The position numbers and the translations under genes were made by a program. From NCBI RefSeq assembly GCF_000526155.1, contig NZ_JAFN01000001.1, positions 3,070,264 to 3,102,263 on the forward strand: a DNA stretch of 32,000 nucleotides. Direction: 5' to 3'. Below, one piece after another: positions 1-8,859 of this stretch (position 1 is its first letter; each line of letters begins with the position of its first letter). The DNA is from Deferrisoma camini S3R1 (lineage in GTDB: Bacteria; Desulfobacterota; Deferrisomatia; Deferrisomatales; Deferrisomataceae). The notes beneath the pieces were generated by a model. It worked only from the letters and a program-made list of their open reading frames with translations, was not told the DNA's origin and did not search any database.

Positions 1-1
1 C

Positions 2-631
2 GTGCTCCTGGAGCCGATCCAGGGCGAGGGCGGGGTGCGGGTGCCGTCGGAGGGGTACCTGCGGCGGGCCCGGGAGCTGTGCGACGTGCGCGGGGCGCTT
101 CTCATCCTCGACGAGGTCCAGACCGGGGTGGGACGCACCGGCACGTTCCTGGCCTGCGAGCACGACGGCGTGAAACCGGACATCTGCACCCTGGCCAAGG
201 GCCTGGGCGGGGGAGTGCCCATCGGCGCGGTGCTCGCCACCGAGGCCGTGGCCCGGAGCTTCGGCCCGGGCACCCACGCCTCCACCTTCGGCGGCAACCC
301 CCTGGTGTGCGCGGCCGCGCTCGCCACGGTGCGCACGATCCTCCAGGAAGGCATCCTGGAGCATACCCAGCGGATGGGGACATACCTGTTGGAGCGCCTG
401 ACCGAGCTGGCTCGGGGCCGCCCATGCATCTCGGCCGTGAGGGGCCGCGGGCTCCTGATCGGTATCGAGCTGGCCGGCGATCGCAAGGCCAAGGACGTGG
501 TGACCGCCATGATGGATCGGGGGTTCCTGGTGGGGTCGGCCGGTGAGCAGGTGGTCCGGCTCGCCCCACCGCTCATCGTGGAGCCGGAGGAGATCGACGC
601 CCTGCTCTCGGCTCTGGAAGAGGTGGTGTGA
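2..631 (+). CDS. argD: Acetylornithine aminotransferase, C-terminal part (5' end lies outside window)
   Basis: Class-III PLP aminotransferase motifs in translation (EPIQGEGG, LILDEVQTGVGRTG, TLAKGLGGG with PLP lysine, STFGGNP). It is the first gene of an argD-F-G-H run. Confidence 0.92.
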   Translation: MLLEPIQGEGGVRVPSEGYLRRARELCDVRGALLILDEVQTGVGRTGTFLACEHDGVKPDICTLAKGLGGGVPIGAVLATEAVARSFGPGTHASTFGGNPLVCAAALATVRTILQEGILEHTQRMGTYLLERLTELARGRPCISAVRGRGLLIGIELAGDRKAKDVVTAMMDRGFLVGSAGEQVVRLAPPLIVEPEEIDALLSALEEVV

Positions 632-648
632 GGGGGTGCAAGGTTTTA

Positions 649-684
649 GGCTTTCCAGCTTTCCGGCTTTCTAGCCTTCCAGCC
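649..684. repeat. 8-bp-period CT-rich tandem repeat (GGCTTTCCA GCTTTCCG GCTTTCTA GCCTTCCA) in the argD-argF spacer, just 5' of the argF SD
   Basis: Read directly from the sequence. Related copies at 1676-1702, 20696-20730 (reverse complement) and 20835-20881. Confidence 0.8.
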
Positions 685-698
685 GCAAGGTATCCGCC

Positions 699-1616
699 AT
701 GCCCAAGCACTTCTTGAAGCTCACGGACTTCGGCCGGGACGAGCTCCTCGGCATCCTCGAGCTGGCCCAGGATCTCAAGGCCCGCCAGGCCCGGGGTGAG
801 CCCCACCGCCTGCTGGAGGGCAAGACCCTGGCCATGCTGTTCGAGAAATCGAGCACCCGGACCCGGGTCTCGTTCGAGGTGGGCATGTTCCAACTGGGCG
901 GCCACGCCCTCTTTCTCTCGCCCCGCGACACCCAGATCGGCCGGGGCGAGCCCGTGCGCGACACGGCCCGGGTGCTGTCGCGGTACGTGGACGCGATCAT
1001 GGTGCGCACCTACGGCCAGGACGTGCTCGAGGAGCTGGCGCGCTGGTCGTCGGTGCCGGTGATCAACGGGCTCACGGACCTCGTGCACCCCTGCCAGGTC
1101 ATGGCCGACCTCCTGACCGTGCTGGAGCGGAGGGAAAGCCTGGAAGGGCTTCGGGTCGCCTGGATCGGCGACGGGAACAACATGGCCCACTCGTGGATCC
1201 ACGCGGCCCGGGTGCTGGGGTTCGGCCTGCGGCTGGCCTGCCCCGAGGGGTACGAGCCCGACGGGGCGATTCTGGCCGCGGCCCGGGACGCCGGAGCCGA
1301 CGTGGAGGTGGGCCGCGACCCCGAGTGGGCCGCGAGGGGCGCCCACGTGGTCACCACGGACGTGTGGGCCTCGATGGGCCAGGAGGAGGAGCAGGAGGCC
1401 CGGCGCCGCGCGTTCGCGGGGTACACCGTGGACGCCCGGATCATGGCCGCGGCCGACCCCTCGGCCGTGTTCCTCCACTGCCTGCCCGCCCACCGGGGCG
1501 AGGAGGTGACCGACGAGGTCCTGGAGGGGCCCCGGTCCGCGGTGTGGGACGAGGCCGAGAACCGCCTGCACGTGCAAAAGGCGATTCTGGTGCACCTGGT
1601 GCGGGAGGAAAACTGA
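699..1616 (+). CDS. argF: Ornithine carbamoyltransferase
   Basis: 305 aa with the STRTR carbamoyl-phosphate motif, HPCQ motif and HCLPA near the C-terminus. AAGG SD about 8 nt upstream of the ATG. Confidence 0.96.
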   Translation: MPKHFLKLTDFGRDELLGILELAQDLKARQARGEPHRLLEGKTLAMLFEKSSTRTRVSFEVGMFQLGGHALFLSPRDTQIGRGEPVRDTARVLSRYVDAIMVRTYGQDVLEELARWSSVPVINGLTDLVHPCQVMADLLTVLERRESLEGLRVAWIGDGNNMAHSWIHAARVLGFGLRLACPEGYEPDGAILAAARDAGADVEVGRDPEWAARGAHVVTTDVWASMGQEEEQEARRRAFAGYTVDARIMAAADPSAVFLHCLPAHRGEEVTDEVLEGPRSAVWDEAENRLHVQKAILVHLVREEN

Positions 1617-1654
1617 CCCCGAAAGGGAGGTGCGGGTACCGCGGGGGAAGAAAT

Positions 1655-1702
1655 CGACGAACGACCTCCGACCTCTCGGCTTTCCAGCATTCTAGCGCCT
1701 TC
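1655..1702. repeat. Composite short-period repeat in the argF-argG spacer: heptads CGACGAA CGACCTC CGACCTC, then GGCTTTCCAGCATTCTAGCGCCTTC
   Basis: Read directly. Combines both short-repeat families seen elsewhere in the window and sits immediately 5' of the argG SD (AAGGGAG). Confidence 0.6.
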
Positions 1703-1718
1703 AAGGGAGTGAACAACC

Positions 1719-2924
<1,206 letters not shown>

Positions 2925-2974
2925 GCAAAGGCCCTCCGGCGGTGCCCTCAAAGGGCGCTGTGGGATTGCCCCAG

Positions 2975-3136
2975 AGGGGTGAAGCCGGGGCCTCCTCCTC
3001 CGCTGAACACCCTCGCAGGGGCCGCCACGGTTCGGTCCGCTGCGACGCGTGATAGCACGCGCCGCGGCCGCTCCCTTGCACCGGGCGGCCCTTGCTGCTT
3101 GGGCGTCGCGCTCCGTCGGAGACCCCGGCTTCACCT
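2975..3136. repeat. Palindromic intergenic element (copy A) between argG and argH
   Basis: Terminal inverted repeat GGTGAAGCCGGGG (about 2978-2990) / CCCCGGCTTCACC (3123-3135). Architecture resembles the other palindromic elements in the window. Confidence 0.6.
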
Positions 3137-3247
3137 AAGTGATCCGTACTTTTCTTTCGAGGCATAAGGAAACGAGTCGCTCGGGTCTCGCGGGCGAAAC
3201 CGACGGTACGACCGCCTAATGTCCGGCGCGCCCTAGGGGCCCTGTTC

Positions 3248-3280
3248 GACCGTAGGCCGGAGACCGACGACCGAACCGAC
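3248..3280 (+). repeat. Heptad leader cassette (GACCGTA GGCCGGA GACCGAC GACCGAA CCGACAA) abutting the argH SD AAGGAAG
   Basis: 7-bp periodicity read directly. Near-identical core (GACCGTAGRCC..GACGACCGAA) to the cassette at 10186-10217. Confidence 0.65.
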
Positions 3281-3294
3281 AAGGAAGATTCCTC

Positions 3295-4692
3295 ATGGCC
3301 GAAAAACCCTGGGGCGGACGGTTTCGCGAAGAGACCCTGAGGATCGTCGAGCGGTTCACCGCGTCGATCGGGTTCGACCGGCGGATGTACCGCCAGGACA
3401 TCCGGGGGTCCATCGCCCACGCCCGCATGCTGGCCTCGGTGGGCATCCTGACCGAGGAGGAGGCCGACACCCTGGTCCGGGGCCTGGAGCAGGTGCTCGC
3501 CGAGATCGAGCGGGGCGAGCTGGAGCTCACCGAGAGCCTCGAGGACATCCACATGAACGTGGAGCACCGGCTCACCCAGATCGTGGGGCCGGTGGGCGGC
3601 AAGCTCCACACGGCCCGCAGCCGCAACGACCAGGTGGCCCTGGACCTGCGGCTGTACCTGGCGGACGAGGTGCCCGAGATCCTGGACCTGCTCCGGGGCC
3701 TGGGCGAGGTGCTGCTGGAGCGGGCCGAGGCCGAGGCCGACCTGCTCGTGCCCGGCTACACCCACCTCCAGCGGGCCCAGCCCGTGACCTTCGGCCACCA
3801 CTGGCTCGCCTACTTCGAGATGTTCCTCCGGGACATGGAGCGGTACCGGGACGCCCTCGGGCGGATCCGGCGCTCGCCCCTGGGGGCGGGCGCGCTCGCC
3901 GGGTCGCCCTACCCCCTGGACCGGGAGCGGGTGGCCCGGGACCTGGGGCTCGAGGGGGTGTGCCGGAACAGCCTCGACGCCGTGTCCGACCGGGACTTCG
4001 CCCTGGAGTTCCTGTTCGCCGGCTCGGTGGTGATGATGCACCTGTCCCGGCTGTCGGAGGAGCTGGTGCTGTGGTCGAGCCAGGAGTTCGGGTTCATCGA
4101 GCTCTCCGACGGGTTCTGCACCGGCTCCTCCATCATGCCCCAGAAGAAGAACCCGGACGTGCCCGAGCTCCTGCGGGGCAAGACCGGGCGGGCCTACGGC
4201 AACCTGATCTCGCTCCTGACGACGCTCAAGGCCCTTCCGCTCGCCTACAACAAGGACATGCAGGAGGACAAGGAGCCGGTGTTCGACACCCTCGACACGG
4301 TGAAGGGGAGCCTCGCGATCACCGTGGAGATGCTCCGGAACCTCAAGGTGCGGCCCGACCGGGCCCGGGCCGCGCTGAAGGCCGGGTTCCTGCTGGCTAC
4401 CGAGCTGGCGGACTACCTGGCGGCCAAGGGCGTGCCGTTCCGCCAGGCCCACGAGGCGGCCGGCCGGCTGGTGGCCCTGGCCGAGGCCCGGGGCTGCGGG
4501 CTCGAGGACCTGGACCTGGAGACCCTGCGGTCGGTGTCGCCGCTGTTCGAGGAGGACGTGTTCCAGGTGCTCGACCCCGAGGCGAGCGTGGCCCGACGCA
4601 CGGTGCTGGGCGGCCCGGCGCCCGACAACGTGCGCCGCGAGGCCCGGCTGGGGTGGGAGCGGCTCGATGCGATCTGGCCCCGGCGGGACTGA
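3295..4692 (+). CDS. argH: Argininosuccinate lyase
   Basis: 465 aa with KPWGGRF N-terminus and the fumarate-lyase family signature GSSIMPQKKNPD. Confidence 0.97.
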   Translation: MAEKPWGGRFREETLRIVERFTASIGFDRRMYRQDIRGSIAHARMLASVGILTEEEADTLVRGLEQVLAEIERGELELTESLEDIHMNVEHRLTQIVGPVGGKLHTARSRNDQVALDLRLYLADEVPEILDLLRGLGEVLLERAEAEADLLVPGYTHLQRAQPVTFGHHWLAYFEMFLRDMERYRDALGRIRRSPLGAGALAGSPYPLDRERVARDLGLEGVCRNSLDAVSDRDFALEFLFAGSVVMMHLSRLSEELVLWSSQEFGFIELSDGFCTGSSIMPQKKNPDVPELLRGKTGRAYGNLISLLTTLKALPLAYNKDMQEDKEPVFDTLDTVKGSLAITVEMLRNLKVRPDRARAALKAGFLLATELADYLAAKGVPFRQAHEAAGRLVALAEARGCGLEDLDLETLRSVSPLFEEDVFQVLDPEASVARRTVLGGPAPDNVRREARLGWERLDAIWPRRD

Positions 4693-4810
4693 CCTTGCAC
4701 AACCCGCCCCTTGGACCCTGCCATCAGCCTGGCGGGCGAATGGGTCCGCCGACGCGCGCCTCCCTATTATTCCGGCGGGTAAACAGGCGTTATCGCCCCC
4801 TGACCGGGGG

Positions 4811-5008
4811 GCGAGGGGCTTGGTGGAGCGCCGGGCGTGGCTCCGACAGTCGCTGCCCCCGGCACTCAGCCGATACCCGCTCCGCCGGTGACCCGAAAGG
4901 CATTGCCAACGTTCGCGTTCCTGGCGTTCGTGGGGCACTCGGGCTGAGTGCCGGGGGCAGCGTGAGTCGGATGCTGCACTCACGCATGGCCGGAACCAAG
5001 CCCCTCGC
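4811..5008. repeat. Palindromic intergenic element (copy B), predicted long hairpin
   Basis: Outer 13-bp perfect inverted repeat GCGAGGGGCTTGG (4811-4823) / CCAAGCCCCTCGC (4996-5008). Inner 20-bp perfect inverted repeat GCTGCCCCCGGCACTCAGCC (4852-4871) / GGCTGAGTGCCGGGGGCAGC (4942-4961). Confidence 0.8.
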
Positions 5009-5039
5009 CCTCGTCGCCGATGAGTGCACCTATTTTGTC

Positions 5040-5187
5040 GCCGGGGTAACAGCGCCGCGCAGCACCTTTGGCGATCGGATCTTGAAAGGCCTCGGATTTC
5101 ATCGAGTTGCCATGAAACCGCTCTCCTGTCTCGTGCCTGCGCGGCGAATCTCGACGCCCGGCTTCGCGCCCGGCCGGAGGTAGGTCC
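5040..5187. repeat. Palindromic intergenic element (copy C, partial left end)
   Basis: Right half CTGCGCGGCGAATCTCGACGCCCGGCTTCGCGCCCGGCCGGAGG (from 5137) is about 85% identical to 22235-22285. Inner inverted-repeat partner GCGCCGCGCAG at 5052-5062. Confidence 0.6.
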
Positions 5188-5188
5188 C

Positions 5189-6235
5189 TTGTCCCGCCCG
5201 CCGAGGCACCGTGCCTATTTTGCCGCCGGATTGATGATTGCGGGACTGATCATCGTCGCCGCTGCCTTGGGCTGCGGCCGCCGGGGCGATCCGGTGCCGT
5301 CGAGCCGCAGGCTGCCAGCCGCCCCCCCCGGCGTGCGCCTGTCGGCGCCCGCCGGGGTGCTCCGGGTCTCCTGGGACCGGCCCCGCCGCGACGCGGTGGG
5401 ACGGCCCCTGTCGGGCGTGGGCGGGTACCTGGTGCTCCGGGCTGCCTGGCCGCCGGGCCAGGACGCCTGCGCCGGCTGCCCCGAGGACGCCAGGGTCGTG
5501 GCCCGGGTCGACCCGTTGGCCCGCCGGGCCCGGGGGCTCCCGACCGAGGCCTGGGAGGACCCAGACACCCGGGCCGGGTGGACCTACCGGTACCGGGTGC
5601 GGGCCCTGGACCCCGAGGGCCGGCCCGGCGCGGTGTCCGGCCCGGCCGACATCACCTGGGTTCCGCTGGCCCCCCCCGCCGCGGAGACCCGGCCCGGTGA
5701 CGGCAGGGTGCTCGTGCGGCTCACGCCCGCTCCCTGGCCCGAGGGGATCGAACCCCTGGAGCTCAGGGTGTACGACCGAGCCGGCCGCCTCCTGGCCCGG
5801 GCGCCGGCCTCCGGGGCCGGGGTGACGGTGGAGGGGCTCGAGAACGGAACCGCGTACCCGGCCGAGGCCCGGGTGGCCGGCCGCACGGGCGAGGGGTGGG
5901 AGGTGGAGAGCCCGGGCACGCCGGTGACCCTGGCCCCGGTGGACACGACCCCGCCGGTGGTCCCGGCCACGGTGACCGCGTTCGCCGAGGACCGGGGGGT
6001 GCTCCTGGCGTGGGTTCCGGAGGGCCCAGAGCCCTACGCCCGGGTGTGGGTGTTCCGCCGGGCCCCGGGGGAGGAGCCCCGCCAGATCGCCGAGCTCCCG
6101 GGAAGCCGGCTGCGGTTTCGGGACGTCTCGGCCGTGCCGGGAACCCTTTACACCTATTGGATCGTGGTGGAGGATGCGGCAGGCAACCGGAGCCTCCCCT
6201 CCCGGGAGGTCGTCGTGCGGGTGAGGGAACCATGA
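5189..6235 (+). CDS. Lipoprotein with three fibronectin-type-III-like repeats
   Basis: TTG start at 5189 with GGAGG 8 nt upstream. The track's longer ORF from 5024 runs into repeat element C. Signal peptide MSRPPRHRAYFAAGLMIAGLIIVAAALGC with a lipobox-like ALGC. Fn3-like strand motifs YRYRVRALDPEGRPG and YTYWIVVEDAAGNRS. An ATG at 5234 is an alternative start. Confidence 0.7.
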   Translation: MSRPPRHRAYFAAGLMIAGLIIVAAALGCGRRGDPVPSSRRLPAAPPGVRLSAPAGVLRVSWDRPRRDAVGRPLSGVGGYLVLRAAWPPGQDACAGCPEDARVVARVDPLARRARGLPTEAWEDPDTRAGWTYRYRVRALDPEGRPGAVSGPADITWVPLAPPAAETRPGDGRVLVRLTPAPWPEGIEPLELRVYDRAGRLLARAPASGAGVTVEGLENGTAYPAEARVAGRTGEGWEVESPGTPVTLAPVDTTPPVVPATVTAFAEDRGVLLAWVPEGPEPYARVWVFRRAPGEEPRQIAELPGSRLRFRDVSAVPGTLYTYWIVVEDAAGNRSLPSREVVVRVREP

Positions 6236-7200
6236 AGACCGCCATCATCGGCGCCGGGGCCATGGGCTGCCTGTTCGGGGCGCACCTGGCCCGGGCCGGC
6301 GTGGACGTGACCCTGATCGACATCGACGCGGACGAGGTGGCCACCCTGCGCGCCCGGGGGGTGCGGCTGCACCAGGACGGCCGGGTCTCCGACGTGGCCG
6401 TGGCCGCCCTCACCGACCCTGCCGAGGCCGGCCCGGCCGACCTGGTGATCGTATTCGTGAAGGCCCACCAGACCCGGTCGGTGCTGCCGGGGCTGCCCCC
6501 CCTGCTGGGCCCGGAGACCCGGGTGCTGACCCTGCAGAACGGCCTGGGAGCGGCCGACGTGCTCGCCGAGGCCGTGCCCCCGGACCGGCTCTTGGTGGGG
6601 GTCACGGCCCAGGGCGCCACCCAGCTGGGCCGCGGCGAGGTCCGCCACGGCGGCCGGGGGGAGACGCTGCTCGGGCCCTACCGCCCGGGCCCGGACCGGT
6701 TCGCCCAGCGGGCGGCCGCCATGCTCACGGGCGCCGGGCTTCCGGCACGGGCCGTGGCCGACCCGTGGCCCCCGGTGTGGAAGAAGCTGGCCGTGAACTG
6801 CGCCATCAACCCGGTCACGGCGCTCACCGGCATCCGCAACGGGCCGGTGGCCGCGTGGGACCCGGCCCGGGAGCTCGCCGCCGACGCCGCCCGGGAGGCC
6901 GCGGCCGTGGCCCGGGCCGAGGGGGTGGACCTGGGCGACCCGGAGGACCTGGTGGGGTTCGTGACCGCCGTGGCCCGGGCCACGGCCGAGAACCGATCCA
7001 GCATGGGCCAGGACGTGGACCGCCGGGCCCCCACCGAGATCGAGTTCATCTGCGGGGCCGTGGTCCGCCGGGGTGAGGCCCGGGGGGTGCCCACCCCGGT
7101 GAACCGGACGCTTTGGCGGTTGATCCGAACCCTGGAACTCGGATACCGTACGGCCGCCCCGATTCCGGAGGACGCCCATGGCCAAGTTCACGATTCCTGA
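6232..7200 (+). CDS. panE: 2-dehydropantoate 2-reductase (ketopantoate reductase)
   Basis: MKTAIIGAGAMG Rossmann N-terminus, LQNG, WKKLAVNCAINPVTAL and SMGQDVDRRAPTEIEFI motifs. The ATG overlaps the upstream stop (ATGA at 6232-6235). Confidence 0.9.
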   Translation: MKTAIIGAGAMGCLFGAHLARAGVDVTLIDIDADEVATLRARGVRLHQDGRVSDVAVAALTDPAEAGPADLVIVFVKAHQTRSVLPGLPPLLGPETRVLTLQNGLGAADVLAEAVPPDRLLVGVTAQGATQLGRGEVRHGGRGETLLGPYRPGPDRFAQRAAAMLTGAGLPARAVADPWPPVWKKLAVNCAINPVTALTGIRNGPVAAWDPARELAADAAREAAAVARAEGVDLGDPEDLVGFVTAVARATAENRSSMGQDVDRRAPTEIEFICGAVVRRGEARGVPTPVNRTLWRLIRTLELGYRTAAPIPEDAHGQVHDS

Positions 7201-7987
7201 GATCCGGGACCGCAAGCGCCGGGGACCGCCCCTGGTGATGATCACGGCCTACGACTACCCCACGGCTCGCATCGTGGACCAGGCCGGCGTGGATCTGATC
7301 CTGGTGGGCGACAGCCTGGGCATGGTGTGCCTGGGCTACCCCGACACCGTGCCGGTGACCCTGGACGAGATGATCCACCACACCGCGGCCGTGGCCCGAG
7401 GGGCCGAGCGGGCCCTGGTGGTGGGCGACCTGCCGTTCCTGACCTACCAGGTGAGCCCCCAGCAGGCCGTGGAGAGCGCCGGCCGGCTGGTCAAGGAGGC
7501 CCGGGCCGACTGCGTGAAGCTGGAGGGGGGCCGGACCCAGGCCGACAAGATCGAGGCGATCGTCACGGCCGGCATCCCGGTCATGGCCCACATCGGGCTC
7601 ACCCCCCAGACCGCCACCCAGCTCGGCGGCTTCAAGGTCCAGGGCCGGGACGCCGAGGCGGCCCGGGCCCTCATGGAGGACGCCAAGGCGGTGGAGGCGG
7701 CAGGGGCGTTCGCGGTGGTGCTGGAGTGCGTGCCCACCAAGCTGGCGACCCGCATCTCCCAGGGCCTCTCGATTCCCACCATCGGCATCGGCGCGGGCCC
7801 GCGGTGCGACGGCCAGGTGCTGGTTCTCCACGACCTGGTCGGCCTGTTCGACCGGTTCGTGCCGAAGTTCGTCAAACGCTACGCCGATCTGGGGGCCGAG
7901 ATGCGCCGGGCGGTCGAGACCTACTGTACCGAGGTGCGCGAAGGCGCGTTCCCGGGGCCGGAGCACGGCTTCGGGGAGGAGTCGTAG
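7178..7987 (+). CDS. panB: 3-methyl-2-oxobutanoate hydroxymethyltransferase
   Basis: 269 aa with the typical PanB N-terminus (ITAYDYPTA, LVGDSLGMV) and GGAGGA SD 5 nt upstream. Confidence 0.96.
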   Translation: MAKFTIPEIRDRKRRGPPLVMITAYDYPTARIVDQAGVDLILVGDSLGMVCLGYPDTVPVTLDEMIHHTAAVARGAERALVVGDLPFLTYQVSPQQAVESAGRLVKEARADCVKLEGGRTQADKIEAIVTAGIPVMAHIGLTPQTATQLGGFKVQGRDAEAARALMEDAKAVEAAGAFAVVLECVPTKLATRISQGLSIPTIGIGAGPRCDGQVLVLHDLVGLFDRFVPKFVKRYADLGAEMRRAVETYCTEVREGAFPGPEHGFGEES

Positions 7988-8020
7988 AGAGTTTCCTGAT
8001 CCCACGAGGAGGTGTGTGCC

Positions 8021-8455
8021 ATGCGCAAGACGTTGCTGGGAACCGTTGCGATCGTGTCGCTCCTGCTGGCGGGGCTGGCGTTCGCCCAGAACATCGAGGT
8101 GTTCTCCATGGGCGAGTCGGTGACCGTGGGCAAGCTGGTCTACCAGGTGAACAAGGCCTGGTGGGAGAAGACCCCGGACGGCTCGGACCAGTACCTGGGC
8201 GTGGCCGTGACCGTCACCAACAAGGGGTCCACTCGGGTCCAGCTTCCGCCGTTCCAGCTCATCGACGCCAACGGTCGGCCCCACGAGGTGAACTTCTCCA
8301 AGATCGTGTGGCCGAAGATGGCGCTGAACGCGGGCGAGACCCTGAGCGGAAAGCTCTACTTCCACCTACCCGAGGGCGAGGGGTTCCGGATGGTGGTCTC
8401 GGGCGGCTACGACGAGGGGGAGTTCGCCTACGTGGAGATCAACGAGGTCAACTGA
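8021..8455 (+). CDS. Secreted DUF4352-like protein
   Basis: ATG at 8021 with GAGGAGG SD. Signal peptide MRKTLLGTVAIVSLLLAGLAFA. Beta-rich body (YLGVAVTVTNKGS, GETLSGKLYFHLP) resembling the DUF4352 Ig-like family, from memory. Confidence 0.65.
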   Translation: MRKTLLGTVAIVSLLLAGLAFAQNIEVFSMGESVTVGKLVYQVNKAWWEKTPDGSDQYLGVAVTVTNKGSTRVQLPPFQLIDANGRPHEVNFSKIVWPKMALNAGETLSGKLYFHLPEGEGFRMVVSGGYDEGEFAYVEINEVN

Positions 8456-8480
8456 TCCCCGGACGAACGCACGAAGCACC

Positions 8481-8518
8481 AAGCGGGGGATGCGCCGCAA
8501 GCGCGCCCCCCGCTTTTT
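8481..8518 (+). terminator. Intrinsic terminator after the DUF4352-like gene
   Basis: GC-rich stem AAGCGGGGG...CCCCCGCTT with an inner GCGC/GCGC extension, followed by TTTTT (8514-8518). Confidence 0.8.
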
Positions 8519-8545
8519 CGTGCATCCGCCAAGCCTAGGCTTCCC

Positions 8546-8602
8546 GGTAACTTCGGTCGTTGGTCGTCATTCGTCATTCGTCGGTCGTCGGTCGTCGGTC
8601 TC
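8546..8602. repeat. Orphan heptad cassette: GGTAACTT then seven 7-bp units (CGGTCGT TGGTCGT CATTCGT CATTCGT CGGTCGT CGGTCGT CGGTCTC)
   Basis: Read directly. Reverse complement carries GAAGTTACCGGGAAG, like the leader upstream of the ABC ATPase gene, but no gene follows it. Confidence 0.85.
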
Positions 8603-8633
8603 CTGGCCCCCAGGGCAAGTGGCTCTCGCCAAC

Positions 8634-8763
8634 CCGGCGGCGGGGGCCTGGTGGAGCACCCGCCTAACGGGCCGGGCCACCCGGAAGTTCCCTAGTTTCT
8701 AGTCTCTAGTTTCTAGTCTCTAGTCTCTGGCCGGCCGGAACCAGGCCCCATGCCCCGCCGCCG
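8634..8763. repeat. Palindromic intergenic element (copy D) with an internal 7-bp tandem repeat (CTAGTTT/CTAGTCT x5 at 8692-8726)
   Basis: Arms CGGCGGCGGGGGCCTGGT (left) and ACCAGGCCCCATGCCCCGCCGCCG (right). Lies between convergent genes, so it may also act as a bidirectional terminator. Confidence 0.7.
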
Positions 8764-8859
8764 ACAACGGCCCGGACCAACGCACGTTACCCTTCTCCGT
8801 TGTAGGGTCGCGCAGCGGCCCCGGGGGACCCCATCTTCGCCAATGCGCCGCCTCGCAGG

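Noticed and set aside
4693-5188. Checked the long non-coding gaps (2925-3294, 4693-5188, 13445-13768, 21991-22506) for tRNA, tmRNA, RNase P, SRP/4.5S or known riboswitch signatures.
   Set aside because: No conserved cores were recognised. A GGAAGCAG resemblance to the SRP motif in element F recurs in the repeat family, so it is repeat sequence rather than an SRP gene. A covariance-model scan would be needed to be certain.
8490-8702. 70-aa ORF on the plus strand across the heptad repeats (…VVGRHSSFVGRRSSV…).
   Set aside because: Its sequence is dictated by the 7-bp repeat, it begins inside the upstream terminator, and it has no SD.
8554-8726. Tandem repeats at 8554-8602 and 8692-8726 considered as a CRISPR array.
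   Set aside because: The period is only 7 bp with no unique spacers, and no cas genes are nearby. This is a microsatellite-like array, not CRISPR.
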